Positions 1-12,729 of a stretch of 64,000 nucleotides of DNA are shown one piece after another. Below the pieces are notes generated by a model, which was not told where the DNA came from, did no database searches, and was given only the letters and a program-made list of their open reading frames with translations. The position numbers and the translations under genes are program-made. This DNA comes from Lama guanicoe (Eukaryota). The DNA is taken from the NCBI GenBank assembly GCA_013239625.1, contig MU053487.1, forward strand, positions 310,001-374,000, in the 5' to 3' direction. Numbering within the stretch: position 1 is the first letter of the stretch; every line of letters starts with the position of its first letter.

Positions 1-119
1 AATGGCAGAGACAACAAACTGAACAAATGTCAGTTACAACATTCTTAATGGGAATCACATAAACTGATGAGTCAAATCACTACCACTATATTTAATAGGA
101 ATAAAAAAAGTCTAAACAC

Positions 120-510
120 CTTATTGTGTCCTGCAAGGGCCATGTGACCTGGCCCATGTTCCAGTCCCCCACACCTTCATAATGCTCCAGCTACCCTGGC
201 TTTCATCCTGTTTCTCAACTGTACAACCTCGCTCTCATCTCAGTGTCTTGGCACTTGCTACTTCTTGTATGGAATTCTCCTCTCCTAGACCTTGTATGGC
301 TTTATTTAGGTCTCGGTGCAAATGTCATCTTCTCTGACCACTTAATCCAAAATAGATTCACTTTACATTCTAACCTAAAACTCCACAGTACTCATCTCTA
401 TCTGAAAATCTATAAGGAACTTGACAGCAGCGACTTTGCCTTGTAAATCTAAGACCCAGAACAGTGCCTGGTACGTGATAGATAGTCAGTAAATACTGAG
501 TGACTGACCC
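120..510 (+). mobile_element. L2 LINE 3' end fragment
   Basis: Ends cagaacagtgcctggtacgtgatagatagtcagtaaatactgagtgactga, like the L2 terminus. Confidence 0.7.
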
Positions 511-610
511 CTGGAAAACTAAACTTGAAAATGAAAGAAAGCAAAGTTAAAAAACAATACAAAATAAAAAAGTCTTGAAGTGTGCAATGTAAGAATATTC
601 AAATACTCAC

Positions 611-764
611 TGAATCACCATCATCTTTTTTAGAATCTCTCTTCAATGGCTCATTCATATCTTCTTGACTACGGAAGCTGAAATTCTGAATTGCTTCAGT
701 GACACCTCTAAGAGAGCTATAAATATCTTCAGAGTTCATATTTTCTGTGTCATAGTCAAATGCA
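611..764 (-). CDS. CLASP2: CLASP2 exon, 154 nt, AFDYDTENMNSEDIYSSLRGVTEAIQNFSFRSQEDMNEPLKRDSKKDDGDS
   Basis: tag|T, TCA|gtgagt, phase 2 to 0. Confidence 0.97.
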
Positions 765-1018
765 CTATGAAAAAGACAGTAATTCATTTCTCTTTGTAGT
801 TTTGAAATACAAACATATCTGAGATTACACAGGATATTTATAAAGACAGGATTAGAAAATGATAGCTCTAAAGCACAATTAGCAAAACAAAACCTGACAG
901 CTACAAATGGCTAAAGTACATGTCCCCTTGTTTGCTCACTAAGGGCAGCTTACAGTGCCTCTAGAAGGCACAGTCCTTAACAACTGGTTTGCCTTTTCAC
1001 CTTCAAAAATGTTCTAAC

Positions 1019-1306
1019 CAGGGGTCAGCAAATTATGGCCCTGATATCGAAGAGTTTTTTTAAAATTTTTAAAAAGTTAAGAAAAAAAATCGAAACAATA
1101 ACATTTCACAACACATGAAAATTATATAAAATTCAAATTTCAGTGTCCATAAATAAAATTGTTTTGGAGCATAGCAATGCTTATTTATTTAGCTATTGTC
1201 TATGGCTATGTTCACAGAGTTGAGCAGAGGTGATCAAGACTGCATGGCCTGCAAAGCCTATAGTATTGATCACATGTCCCTGTACAGATAGTTTACTAAG
1301 TCCTGT
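1019..1306. mobile_element. MER58B-like hAT-Charlie element
   Basis: caggggtcagcaaa...tttactaagtcctg termini and internal aaattcaaatttcagtgtccataaataaa. Confidence 0.75.
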
Positions 1307-2290
1307 GATTAAGTCACAATAATGGTACTGCTTAAATTGGGGATTAATGTATTTTACACAAATCTGTAAGAATGCCAAGAACTTTTAACAGTGAACATAA
1401 CTGTTATTGATGTGAATTCTATAATCAGATTCTAAAATTGAACTGAGGCCGGAATTTAGCCATCAGAATTGTCACATATGTGTAATGTGGAAAAAACAGA
1501 CTAAATTATAAATTTGCAATATTTTTTGCAATACAATGAAGCATCTTATAATTGTAATGAATACAAGAAAATAGGTTATGATAGATGGCTAATAACAAAA
1601 ATCAACCTGATAAGGACAAATATGGACTAGTAGACAAATTTTTTTAGAAGGCCACGATAGGGAAAAATGTCCCTTAATGAGTTAAGAACTTTATCTGAAA
1701 TACAGCCCAGCCTGAATTGCACAAGTGTGTAAAAATTTCATACATCTTACATTTTGTATTAGTGATCAATCTCACAGTCACATTTCTCCTAAGAATACAT
1801 ACTGCCAAATTATATTTAACCCTTCCCTAGTTTTTCTTAATTTTTTTGTTTTTGTGTATAAGCTTAATTATTTCTTCTATTCTTAGAAGTGGTTGGCGAA
1901 CATTAGCTCTAAATATCCATCATTACGACGTTACCTCGTCATTTATACTAAGTAATAAAACTGAAAGACATAATTTGCAATTAATGGATTTATACAGCAT
2001 ATCTGAGAAACACAACTATGCTATTTAATGCAACGAACAGTCACTTCTAAAAGTTGTATCTGTAAGTTTTTTTGTCACTGATAAAAAAAAATTCCATATC
2101 CTATACATTATTATCATCTAAAGGGTTAGTTTTAGAATAAACTTAAATTTTTTTGAATTTGCTAAGTTTCTATGTATCTAAGACCTTTCCAGTCAAGTAG
2201 AACTATCAACTGGAATTATATTAATGTCTGTTTTTCTAAGAATGGGAACTTGCAAATGCAAACCATGACAGAAAATAATCCTTTTGTTAC

Positions 2291-2397
2291 CTTGGAGATA
2301 AAGTATTCTGTGATGTATTGGTAGGAGAAGTAAGAGGACTGGACCAGTTGGCTGGTGACCGTGGCGTTGGTCTTGTCAAAGGACTCCCCATGGAACC
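2291..2397 (-). CDS. CLASP2: CLASP2 exon, 107 nt, GSMGSPLTRPTPRSPANWSSPLTSPTNTSQNTLSP(S)
   Basis: cag|GGT, AG|gtaaca, phase 0 to 2. Confidence 0.97.
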
Positions 2398-3494
2398 CTG
2401 ATGGACGGAGTCAAGTAAACATTAACGCATAACAGGAAGTTCAACGTAACGGCTCCTCAGGAAGTCAGACGATCAAGAAGTGGAACAACATGAAAGAGCC
2501 ATATTTATAGGTCAATATTTTAAATATTTCTGTATCTCTGTGGGGGAAAACTTTCTTCTCATTCAGAAATCTAGCTCTTTTAAGTCTTTTTTGTTCTCCC
2601 TACCCATTTCTTGCTTTCAAATAGTACAGCATCTTTTTCTCAGAGATTAAATAAGATCCCAAATTAACGATTTTAAATTAGCTTTCTGTCTCTGAGCCAA
2701 TTTCCTTCCTCCAACCATTACTATTGCTCAAATTTTATTCATTCTTGAGAGGCTGATTTACAAACAATTTTTACAAAGACACCAAAGAAGTAAAATCTGG
2801 TCATGTTAGTAACTTGCCTAACTCTTAAGATACAACGAAACAATCCTTTCTTCTTTTAAAAAGGTAATTGATCTTGGTACCAAGAATTGTTCCCAGATTG
2901 TCTTCCCTAGACTGACCTTAAGTGCATCCACTTTCTCCTTTATCCATTACCAAAGGTACAGGTGTATTATGTAAATGATTATATACTAGTTAGATACATG
3001 TAATGATAATGTTCATTTACTCAGACCTTACTTCTCCAAAACAACATCCTGTATAATTCCAGCACCTATGGACTGACAAGCCTCTAATTATTAAAGGTGA
3101 ACACAGCCTTTAAAACATTACCCTCTTTGGGCCTTATTTATTATCCCTGGAATAAGTCATCTTTTCTGGCCCTCAAATAAGGATTGGTTCATCTAAGAGC
3201 ATGTCCTAATTCTAATGGCTTGCAAAGGTGACAACCTCATCTAAGTTCTGCTACATTTCGCTGCCCTTGCTCATACTCTGGCCACCATTCACCACTGCCC
3301 TAATGTATACCAAATTATAATATAAACGATTCTGTTCTTTCCAGGACAATATTTAATTCTGCTCAGGAAATACTACCCAATGCAGATGCAAAAATTATAC
3401 ACTAGAGTCAAAGTTTAACTTCACGTAAAAGAAAGCAATTATTGTTAACCAACCATCACATTATACAATAGCCAATAAAACAACTGAAAAATAC

Positions 3495-3638
3495 CTGGGT
3501 TCCATTGCCAGTGTTTCGAAGGTGATTATGAAGAAGCTTGGTAGCACCATCCTGAAAAGTTTTTGGTAAAGCTCCTAATAACATTGTAAACTCTGGGGTA
3601 TTGAGTTCAAATAAGGAAATCAGGACTGACTGCGCTGC
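3495..3638 (-). CDS. CLASP2: CLASP2 exon, 144 nt, AAQSVLISLFELNTPEFTMLLGALPKTFQDGATKLLHNHLRNTGNGTQ
   Basis: tag|GCA, CAG|gtattt, phase 0 to 0. Confidence 0.97.
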
Positions 3639-5474
3639 CTAGAAAACAAAGACATAAAAGGAGCAGACAAATGTATTTTGGTTACTCAAAGGAGACCACA
3701 TTCTTCACTTGATATTTCTGTTCAATAGTGAAAGGCCATCTTTCCCAGGGGAAAAGAAGAAGATGCTTTCATACGCTTTCACATTTCTTTGTTGAAAGAA
3801 AAAAAATTGACATTTTATTTTTTGAAGGTAAGAACGGAATATGAAAAGCATAACAAATATGACCTAACAATCAATGGCAAAAGTCAACCAGATAGTTCTT
3901 AGGGTTACTCTATCAATATACATTACTAATTCAGTTTTCCTAATAAATGATTACAAGAAAAAAGATAGGTGGAAATAAAAAAGTACATCCCTAAGCTATA
4001 CAAAGCCCATCCAGAGCAACTTGGCACTTTACCTTTCATTTTCTCAATATATGATTCTTAAATTAAGTAGCCATATGTAGTCTTCTCTCAAAGCACCTCA
4101 TCTTAACAAATCTATAATTCGAAGCTAAAACTAGTCTAATGTTGTGGAAATTGGAACAAAACAAAGGTATTCAGATCAGTTAAGAAAATATAAAGCTCCT
4201 TTCTCCTTTTAAAGTAACCAACGGAGTCAATAAAAGCCAAGTTGAAATTCAGATTTCATAGAAAGTTAACTGAGAGGAGAGAGGAGTGCATATAGTTCAT
4301 GATCGTGACTTGTATCCAAATGTGTACATCTTGTTCTGGACCTTTCTGATCCCACTCTGAAAACCTGAGTGTTTGTTGTCTATGGCATCTAAGACACAGG
4401 AGGGGGGTGGCTAAAGCATGTTACACTGGAGCAATGGCACAATATACATCATAGCCTTCAAAGATGATGTTGCTCTAAACATGAAGAGACTGGGAGAGGA
4501 CTCTATATATTGCTGAAGAAAAAATTATAAAACAGCTATAACACAAGCCCATTTTGTTAAAAACACCAACATAGTATATATTGTGTGGGTTTGTGCTCTG
4601 ACATGTTAATGGTGCTTAAATAAAGCTATTTACACTTTGCAACAAAACTTTATGATCCTGTGTCTTTTTTGGAAACAAAACTTTGAAAAAAATCTCAAAT
4701 CAATTTGAGCAAATGAATTAATGATTGTTAACATATACTTTATTGCATCTAGAGTTTATTTTGGTGTATGAGATTCAGCTTTATTTTCCTTCTAGAGACA
4801 GAGGCCACTTGTTCCCAAAGCAATGAGTATATTCTTTCCTCATGACTTGAAGTGACACTCTTATCACAAACTAATCTTCTCCATAAACCTAAGTTTCTCT
4901 GGATCCTCCATTATATTCCATTGATCTAGGTATCTATTTCTGCAGGTTTAAACTGCATGATTTAAGATGTAATAGCTTTAGTGTATTTTGATGAAGTCCT
5001 TCATTTGTTAGTTCTAATGTCACATTTACTTTACTAGCTACATTTATTTAAAAATAATTTTTAAGTCTTCAAATAAAAGTAACACACACTTACGGATTTT
5101 TTAAAAACCAAACTTTTTTAGAAAAGGTTTTATAATTCTCAATTCCCCTGTTCAGTTCTCCACAGGGTTCCCTTTTGTAATGCCTGATTTTTCTGATTCT
5201 TAGGCATTCATGGGCTCATATAACTATTTCTTGATTTGTCAGCTAGAGACATTTTTCAGTGATTTCCTACTACAATAGATGAAAACTTAGGTTCCTTTCC
5301 GTATCAGCCCTCTAACCTATTTTCCCTTACACAACACAGCAATGGTCCATTTTTGTCATGTTAGCCAGCATAATCTTTAAAAACATAAATCAGATCATAC
5401 CATTCCCTTACTTAAAACATGCCAATGGTTTCTATAGTCACATCAGTATTCTTGTCCTTGGAATATCCCCCAAT

Positions 5475-6645
5475 TCTCAGTTTTGATGAAATTCAATTTA
5501 TCTATTTTTCCTTTTGTTGTTTGTGATCCTGGTTAAAATCCATTGTCAAATCCAAGGTCATGAAGATTAATCCCTGTTTTCTTTTAAGAGTTTTATAGGT
5601 TTAGCTTTTACATTTAAGTCTTTCATCATTTTCAATTAATTTTTGTATATGGTATGAAGCAAAGGTTCAACTTCATTTTTTTACATGTGGCTATTTAGTT
5701 GTCCCAGCACAATTTGTTGAAAGGACTGTAATTTCCTTACTGAATGATCTCGGCACCTTTGCCGAAAATCAGCTGGCCATAGACACAGGTTTTCTCTGAA
5801 CTCTCATTTCTATTCCATTGTTCTTTATGGTCTGTTCTTATGCCAGTACCACACTATCTTGATTACTATTACTTTGTACTTGGTTTTGAAATCAGACAAG
5901 TGTAAAGCCTTCTTATTTTATTTCTTTTCCCCCAAGACTGTTTTGGCTATCATGGGTCCCTTGGAATTCCATTATGAATTTTGGAAACAGCTTGTCAACT
6001 TCTACAAAGCCAGCTGGGATTACAGTAGGGATTACACTGAATCTGTAGTTCACTTTGGGGATTGCTGCCACCTTTGCAATACTGAGCCTTCTGATTCAAG
6101 AACACAGGATGTTTTTCCATTTATTTAAATCTTATTTAATTTCTTTCAAAATTATTTTATAGTTTCTGCTATGAATTTTATACTTCCTTTGTTAAATTTA
6201 TTCCTATTTTAATCTTTTCAATGTTACTACAAATGGAATTGTTTTCTTAATTTCATTTCTGGATTGTTGACTTCAAGAGTTTACAGATACAACTGATTTT
6301 TGTATACTTTGTTATCCTGCAACCCTGCTGAATGTGTTTATTAATTCTAATAGTTTTTCAGTGATTCTGAAGGATTTTCTATATATTAAATTAAATCGCT
6401 TGCAGATACAAATGTATACAGTATACTGTCTAATTTCTACAGATTTGTGAGCTCCCCACATTTCTTTCTGTTACTGATTTCTAATTTCATTCCATTGTAG
6501 CCAAAGAACATAACCTGTATTTCTTTTAATCCTTTTATAAAAAAACTATTGAGGTTTGTTTCATAATCTAGCATATGGTTAATATGGAGAATGTTTCATG
6601 TGCCCTTAGGAGAATGTATATTCTGCTGTTGTTGGGTGAAGAGTT
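5475..6645 (-). mobile_element. Degenerate L1 ORF2 fragments
   Basis: Typical antisense L1 text (tttagttgtcccagcacaatttgttgaaaggactg, tatgccagtaccacactatcttgattact). Confidence 0.85.
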
Positions 6646-7332
6646 CATCATTAGAAATAAAAGTCACAAAATTTATATTTTTATGTACTCTTCTACAGCA
6701 AATATCAAAGAGAATGATTCATCAAGGAAGAGAGTCAATGGAGCCAGACACAGGATGCAAGAAATGAATTTTTAGGAGTGAAGAGAAGCCTCAGGAAGAT
6801 GGTGAAGAGAACAGAGTGTCTAGAAAGGACTTCTCCAGAAAAATAATCTATGTTTTTGAGCATATGGAAAATTTTAGCAATAAGCATGTGGCAGGAATTG
6901 AAAATATTTACAAATACTTAAAAAAATTTTGGGAAAAAAACTGGGCAAATGAAAAATAAGGCAAATTACCAGGACAAATTAAGCTTCTGTAAGGAGGCAG
7001 TAATAAACCACTTTGTATGGGAGTGAATACTTCCACAGTCAAAATTAAAGCTTTTCAATTGATTACCAACAACGGATTCATAAGTATTTTTAAGGTTATG
7101 AGGAAAGACATAGGAAAGGATGTGGGAATAGTATGGAAAAGTTAAGTCTTCATTTACAAAGATAGATAGATACATAATGGCTTTTTTTCCCAACAGATCA
7201 ATAGATAATGCCTAAAATTAATAAATCAAGAAACAGCGCAAGCTCTTATTTGAAGTAATGCAATGGAAAAGATTTGAAATATTTTGAATGGTTATAAGAT
7301 TAGAGGTTGGGAAGACTGTGGCAAGGACAGCT

Positions 7333-7488
7333 TTTTTCTTTCCTTTTTTTAAACTAAAGTGTAGTCAGTTTACAGTGTTGTGTTAATTTCTGGTGTACAG
7401 CACAGTGATTCAGTTATGTATTTATATATTCGTTTTCATATTCTTTTTCATTATAGGTTATTATAAGATATTGAATATAGTTCCATGT
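7333..7488 (-). mobile_element. Short 5'-truncated cetartiodactyl-type L1 3' end
   Basis: TSD aggacagct at 7324-7332 and 7489-7497, T-rich tail, gtgtacagcacagtgattcagttat motif. Confidence 0.8.
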
Positions 7489-7708
7489 AGGACAGCTATT
7501 CTTGATTCTAAGTTTGAAAATTATATTAATTGCATAAAATTGAAAATAATTTAAAAGAGAGGATTTTTTAAAAAAGTCTTCATATCGCCAGGTAAATAAC
7601 TCAATGCTAAGTGGTAATGTCCTGAAAATATTACCTCCTTTCACTGGCAATCCAAAATGACTGACTTGCTTTTCTAATTTATCTTCTAAACCTTAAATTA
7701 AAACCTAC

Positions 7709-7852
7709 CTTCCGAACATCAGAACTTTTGGGTTCTGTTGTCCATGTGATGACCCGAGATACTGCCAGGCGAGTTTCACTGGAATTTACAAAATCTCCTG
7801 GATCCATCTGTTTGGCCAGAGTTTCTATGTATTTGAGGATAGCAACCTTCAC
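7709..7852 (-). CDS. CLASP2: CLASP2 exon, 144 nt, VKVAILKYIETLAKQMDPGDFVNSSETRLAVSRVITWTTEPKSSDVRK
   Basis: cag|GTG, AAG|gtaggt, phase 0 to 0. Confidence 0.97.
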
Positions 7853-10800
7853 CTGCAGAGGCAAACACACAACAACAGAGGATAATCAGCTGGTCACTGA
7901 GGGGCAAGGAGAACACTTTAGAAATAATTAGGTGATTTTTTTTTTGACAAATACAAAATGGAAAAGCATCAACAAGAAAAGAGAAATTATATAAACACCT
8001 ACCTACTGGAGGTACAAGTATATGATAATGTAGATTTTTTTCACATATGGCAGAACTTTTAAGTTCCATTCCCTGGGTTTGAACAATGGCTGAAAACTCT
8101 CTTGGTAAGATTAGACACTTCACCTTGAGTCTGCCTTCAGAGCTTACAACTGACTTTTGTCTCGATTTTCCTGGGAACCAGCCTTTGTAAACTGAGTATA
8201 ATATGGCTCTTGGTGAAATGCACCAATGTATTTTGGAAGTAAGGTATTATTGTAAATCAAGTGGGTAATCAAGGTGGGCAGTACAGGTTTCTGGCAAATA
8301 CACATTAAGACTCACATGATGAGATCAGGTTCCTTAAAAGGTCCATCAACTGCCAGAACTACCTCTCAAAAGAAATGCAACAAAAAAGTTTTACCCAAGT
8401 ACCAGTGGAGAAGAGACAATACTTATTTGTATAAAAGAGTTATATGAATAGATGTGTGGTAGACTGCAGGCTTCAAAACCAGCAGGAGGTGGGGCAAAGC
8501 ACACATGCTTCTCTCTTAGACGCAGCCTTCTTTATCCTTAGAGTGAGCCGCTGTTAAGTTATCTCACCTTCCGCAGGTGTGTTGTGGCAAAAAAAAAGAA
8601 AAAAAAACACAGAAAAAACCAGAACCACTGTTTTTAAAGTCACATCTTTTTACATTCTAGGGTTTCTAAATAATGGTTCTCTAAGACTTTACCAGTGTAC
8701 TTTAGAGATAGCACCTGGTATAGTGTATAATCCTTGGCTACAGCAGATGCTAAATACATATTAAATGTTGATTTGCTGACTTACAAAAAGGAAAGTTTAA
8801 TTATATGATTAAACAGCAACTTTGAAAAAACACTGTAAAAGGTGAAAGTAATCAGGTCCTCTATGCTCTTTCCTCCCTTGTTATTGATCTTAAGATGTCA
8901 TTCTTTTCACTCAGTCCAAATAAGGTCTCTGGGAAGTACTATGTCAAATTAATATACAGGAAGTAAGTTCTGATTCTTGCACATCTTCCCCTTTCTGCTT
9001 GCAGCTTTTTTAAGCTGCTTTTTTTTTAAATGCTTTTTAAAAAAAAAAGCATTTTCAAGATGCTTTTTAAGATAGAAAGCATCAATTTACATTCTTCATT
9101 TCACAATAAATGAATTTTAAGAAGTAACTATAAGTTTAAGAGATGCATTGGGAAAAAACAGGAGTTACCCTATCAGCCATCTTAAGTGAAATGTACAGGG
9201 AAGAGGGAAAGAGACATGGTTAATTCTGGAGTAACAAGTGCAACTAAATGGCAGCATGTGCCATTTTGGATTTCTGAAGCCACACCACTTTCTATCAGTG
9301 TAGTATCAGAGCTGAAAGGTGACTACAGAAAATCAAAGAATGAACATTAATGTATTTTGTTTTCAATTTGCTACCATCAATAATTGAATAGGTTTATCTG
9401 CACTGTATGAGATTCAGTTAGTGTAGTGTTTTGGCAATGTAAACAGGCATGAAAGGCTTAAAAGGGTTTCACAGAACAGATGCATTTACTATACCATATA
9501 TAGTTTACTATACTATAAGGCAAAATAACCATAATACACATATAATCATTTGAAAATTTACATTTTGGTAGGATATTCCATAAGGTTAATACATAGTATG
9601 TACTTTTAATAACATAAACATGCAGTCCTCTTAAGAGAGGAAAAATACAGTTCCTAAGGTGTGTATAACTCTACAGCATGTTTGTGAAACCCAGAAAAAG
9701 AAGTCAATAAAATTACATTTACTTTTTAAAACACTACTTACTCAAATAAAATCACTCTGTATTGCCAACCCCCCATTCTATTGCTTCCTTTCTGACATTT
9801 AGCCACATGATACTCTGTGAGAGATGTAAAATTTTATCTGAAAGACCCAGCACCTTTTCAAGAAAGAATTTTTAAAGATCTCATACTTAAGTTACTTGTG
9901 TTTTCTATAACTTGTTAAGTTTTTAATTCTTAATCCTGTCAACCATCTGAAATTTACTTTTATTTTCAGCATTAAGGTATTACTTCTTGCTATCCTAAAA
10001 CATCAATTTACGAGCTGAAGAGTGGTTTTCCCCTACAGCTTTACATGTGTGTACACAGCATGTTATACAATATGTGTATATATAATATAAAGCATAATAT
10101 ATAGTATAAAAGCCACACATATATATATATGGCTTTTAGAGAAACAGTCTGATTCCAGTCTCCAGCATAACCGTTTCCAATAGGGAAGTTAGTTTTAATT
10201 GTCTGCTTCCCACGGTCTTTCTCTTCAGGCCCTCTCAGCAACTTTAGTCTCTCCTTTAACTCACCTGTCACCCTTATTTCTTTTTTTTTTTCTTTCTTTT
10301 TAATTTTTTATTTTTGTCACTCTTATTTCTCAAGCTAATGGTTCAGATCTTCATTTCCATTGGTTCACGAAAAATCTTTATATACACAGCACACTATATA
10401 CACAGGTTTTCCACAGCACTTGAATACCTACCACCAGTACACAAATCATAACCTTATCAAAGTTTACAGTTTATCATGCATTATAAATAATAATGATAAA
10501 AAATTATAAGTTTTATGTTCCTAGAAATGCCTAGCACAATGGCTTAGACAAAGAATAAGTGCAAAAAAAATTTATCAGTAATATCAAGTAAATTATTCTC
10601 CTTCTGCAGGTTATTTTTAAAAATTAAAACAGATGGAACCCCTGTCACAAACAGCTCTGAGAAAATAACATTATGTTGAGTATAAATCAACCCCGATAAG
10701 AAACACAATTGTGATTTTAAGGCAAAATCATATTCAGAAACTTAAAGGAAAATCAATCCTAGGCAATAATGCTTGTGGAAATATATTTCATGCAGAAAAG

Positions 10801-11703
10801 AGCAGAATAATTCAAGGCCTGCCAATGCACATATGCTTGTTATTTCCCTGACTTTAATCTCATTTAAGAAAACTCACTAAGAAACATCTTTAGTAAAGAA
10901 TTCGGGGGCACATCTTTTATATTAAGTTATTTTTTAATGTTAAATTTAATAATTATTTTTAATTAAAAATTGGAATCTACCTAGTTTTTATAAAAATTAA
11001 CTCAAAAATGTGTGCTAGTAACAAATGAAAAGCTAACCCTGAATTTTATGCACATATCAGAAATATCACATTGCAAAAATTAAAAAAAAGTTACTGTTTT
11101 AGTTAAGGAGAACTGGAGAATCACACTGAGATTAAACTTAAAAATTTTTGTTTACTAAATACACAGGCAAAACTGACATTTTGCCCCAAATAGCTATCTA
11201 AACCCCTAAACTTAAAAAAAAAAGTATTGGGAAATTACAAACATAAAATTAGGTAAGACTGTATAGAGTAAGCCTGCACAACAGCTTAGGGTTAGATGGC
11301 CATACTGGCATTGCCTTCTAAATGTATATCCCCAGTAAGCTTCTCCAAAAGACAGTCCAGCATTGAATAACATTTGAAACCAAATCTGTGCATGCTTAAC
11401 AGGCTTCCAAAGGTTAGTAGTTGAATATATAGATGCGTACAAACATTATCTGAAACACTGCAGAGTTTGTAAAGAGAGTTAAGAAAAGAAATAATGCAGA
11501 TTAAAACAAAACCAAAAAACCTTGGAGCTCCAAAAAGAGTGAAGCTGGTCCCGAAGTGCTGGCTTGACTGTCTGAAAGTTTATAAAAACAAAATCCACTG
11601 ATTGAAGAGCTTCTCATGTTAACAGAAATATAAATATCAACATAATTTTATAAATAAAACACTTCAATTCCTTACAAAGTCTTCGAAAGACCTCAAATTT
11701 TAC

Positions 11704-11782
11704 CTTCAAACTTGGTGTTTGGGTCTGATCAACTGTAAATCTCATTAGAATATTGAACTGAAGATCATTTGGAAAAGATTCT
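11704..11782 (-). CDS. CLASP2: CLASP2 exon, 79 nt, ESFPNDLQFNILMRFTVDQTQTPSLK
   Basis: cag|A, AAG|gtaaaa, phase 2 to 0. Confidence 0.97.
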
Positions 11783-12565
11783 CTGAAATAAGAACACAGC
11801 AAAATAAAACAAAAACTAAGTCAGCAATTAAGCATTTAGCAAACCTAACAATAGATTATGCTTAATAACGTCAAAACATAACGTCATTCAAGAAGCATGC
11901 ATGAAGTAGGATCTGTATGTGGTATAGTCTATGTGGTAAAGTATACAATGCAAGCTATTCCCAGGAGAATCTGAACGTTTATACCCTGCAGGACGTTAAA
12001 AAGTGACGCTATAGCAAATAATGGTCTATCTTGTCTCAGCTATAGATTTAATCAGAAATGTATTCAGTAAAAACTTCAACATTATCAGAGATGTTTCCAT
12101 ACCTAATATGTGAATTCTAGACTCACCTCAACTTAGTAAATGGATATTTGAAATAAGTCACTTCAACAATCTACACAAGAAAGTAGAAATATTATCATTG
12201 GTTCAAAATCTTCTGAAAAAAGAATGCATAATAAAACATTCTTTTCAAAGTTAGAAAATACTTTTACATTTACATTAGATTGAATAAAACCTTCAACTCT
12301 ACTTTTTGAACACATTTTAGATACAAAAATACCACCTTGAATTACTCAACCAATGTCAAAAAATTTTTATAGATGAAATGCAGTGTTTGAACTAAGGACC
12401 AACACTGCATTAAACAGACCATGTGAATGGGCATCATTAGCATTCAAATGGAGCTCATGCAGTCTGTATGGTTTGAAAGAGCTCAGAAATCTGAACTTTT
12501 AACACAAAAACTAAATATTCTTGATTACTGTTGGGTAAACTTGAAATACATGAAGAAAATCTTAC

Positions 12566-12729
12566 CTGGTAACATCAAGGGCTTTCTGAACTTTTGCCTG
12601 AACAGACCCAAGCAAATCAGCACCCATTTTTTTTAGCAGTTGTGTCAACAGTACAAACAACCAATCCTGAAGATCATCTTTGTGGACTTGTATGAAGTCC
12701 ACCAGAGTCTCCAAAAACATGCTGAACAC
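12566..12729 (-). CDS. CLASP2: CLASP2 exon, 164 nt, VFSMFLETLVDFIQVHKDDLQDWLFVLLTQLLKKMGADLLGSVQAKVQKALDVT(R)
   Basis: tag|GTG, AG|gtaaga, phase 0 to 2. Confidence 0.97.

Noticed and set aside
12377..12411. 11-bp inverted repeat
   Set aside because: Isolated and too short for a pre-miRNA; no associated feature.
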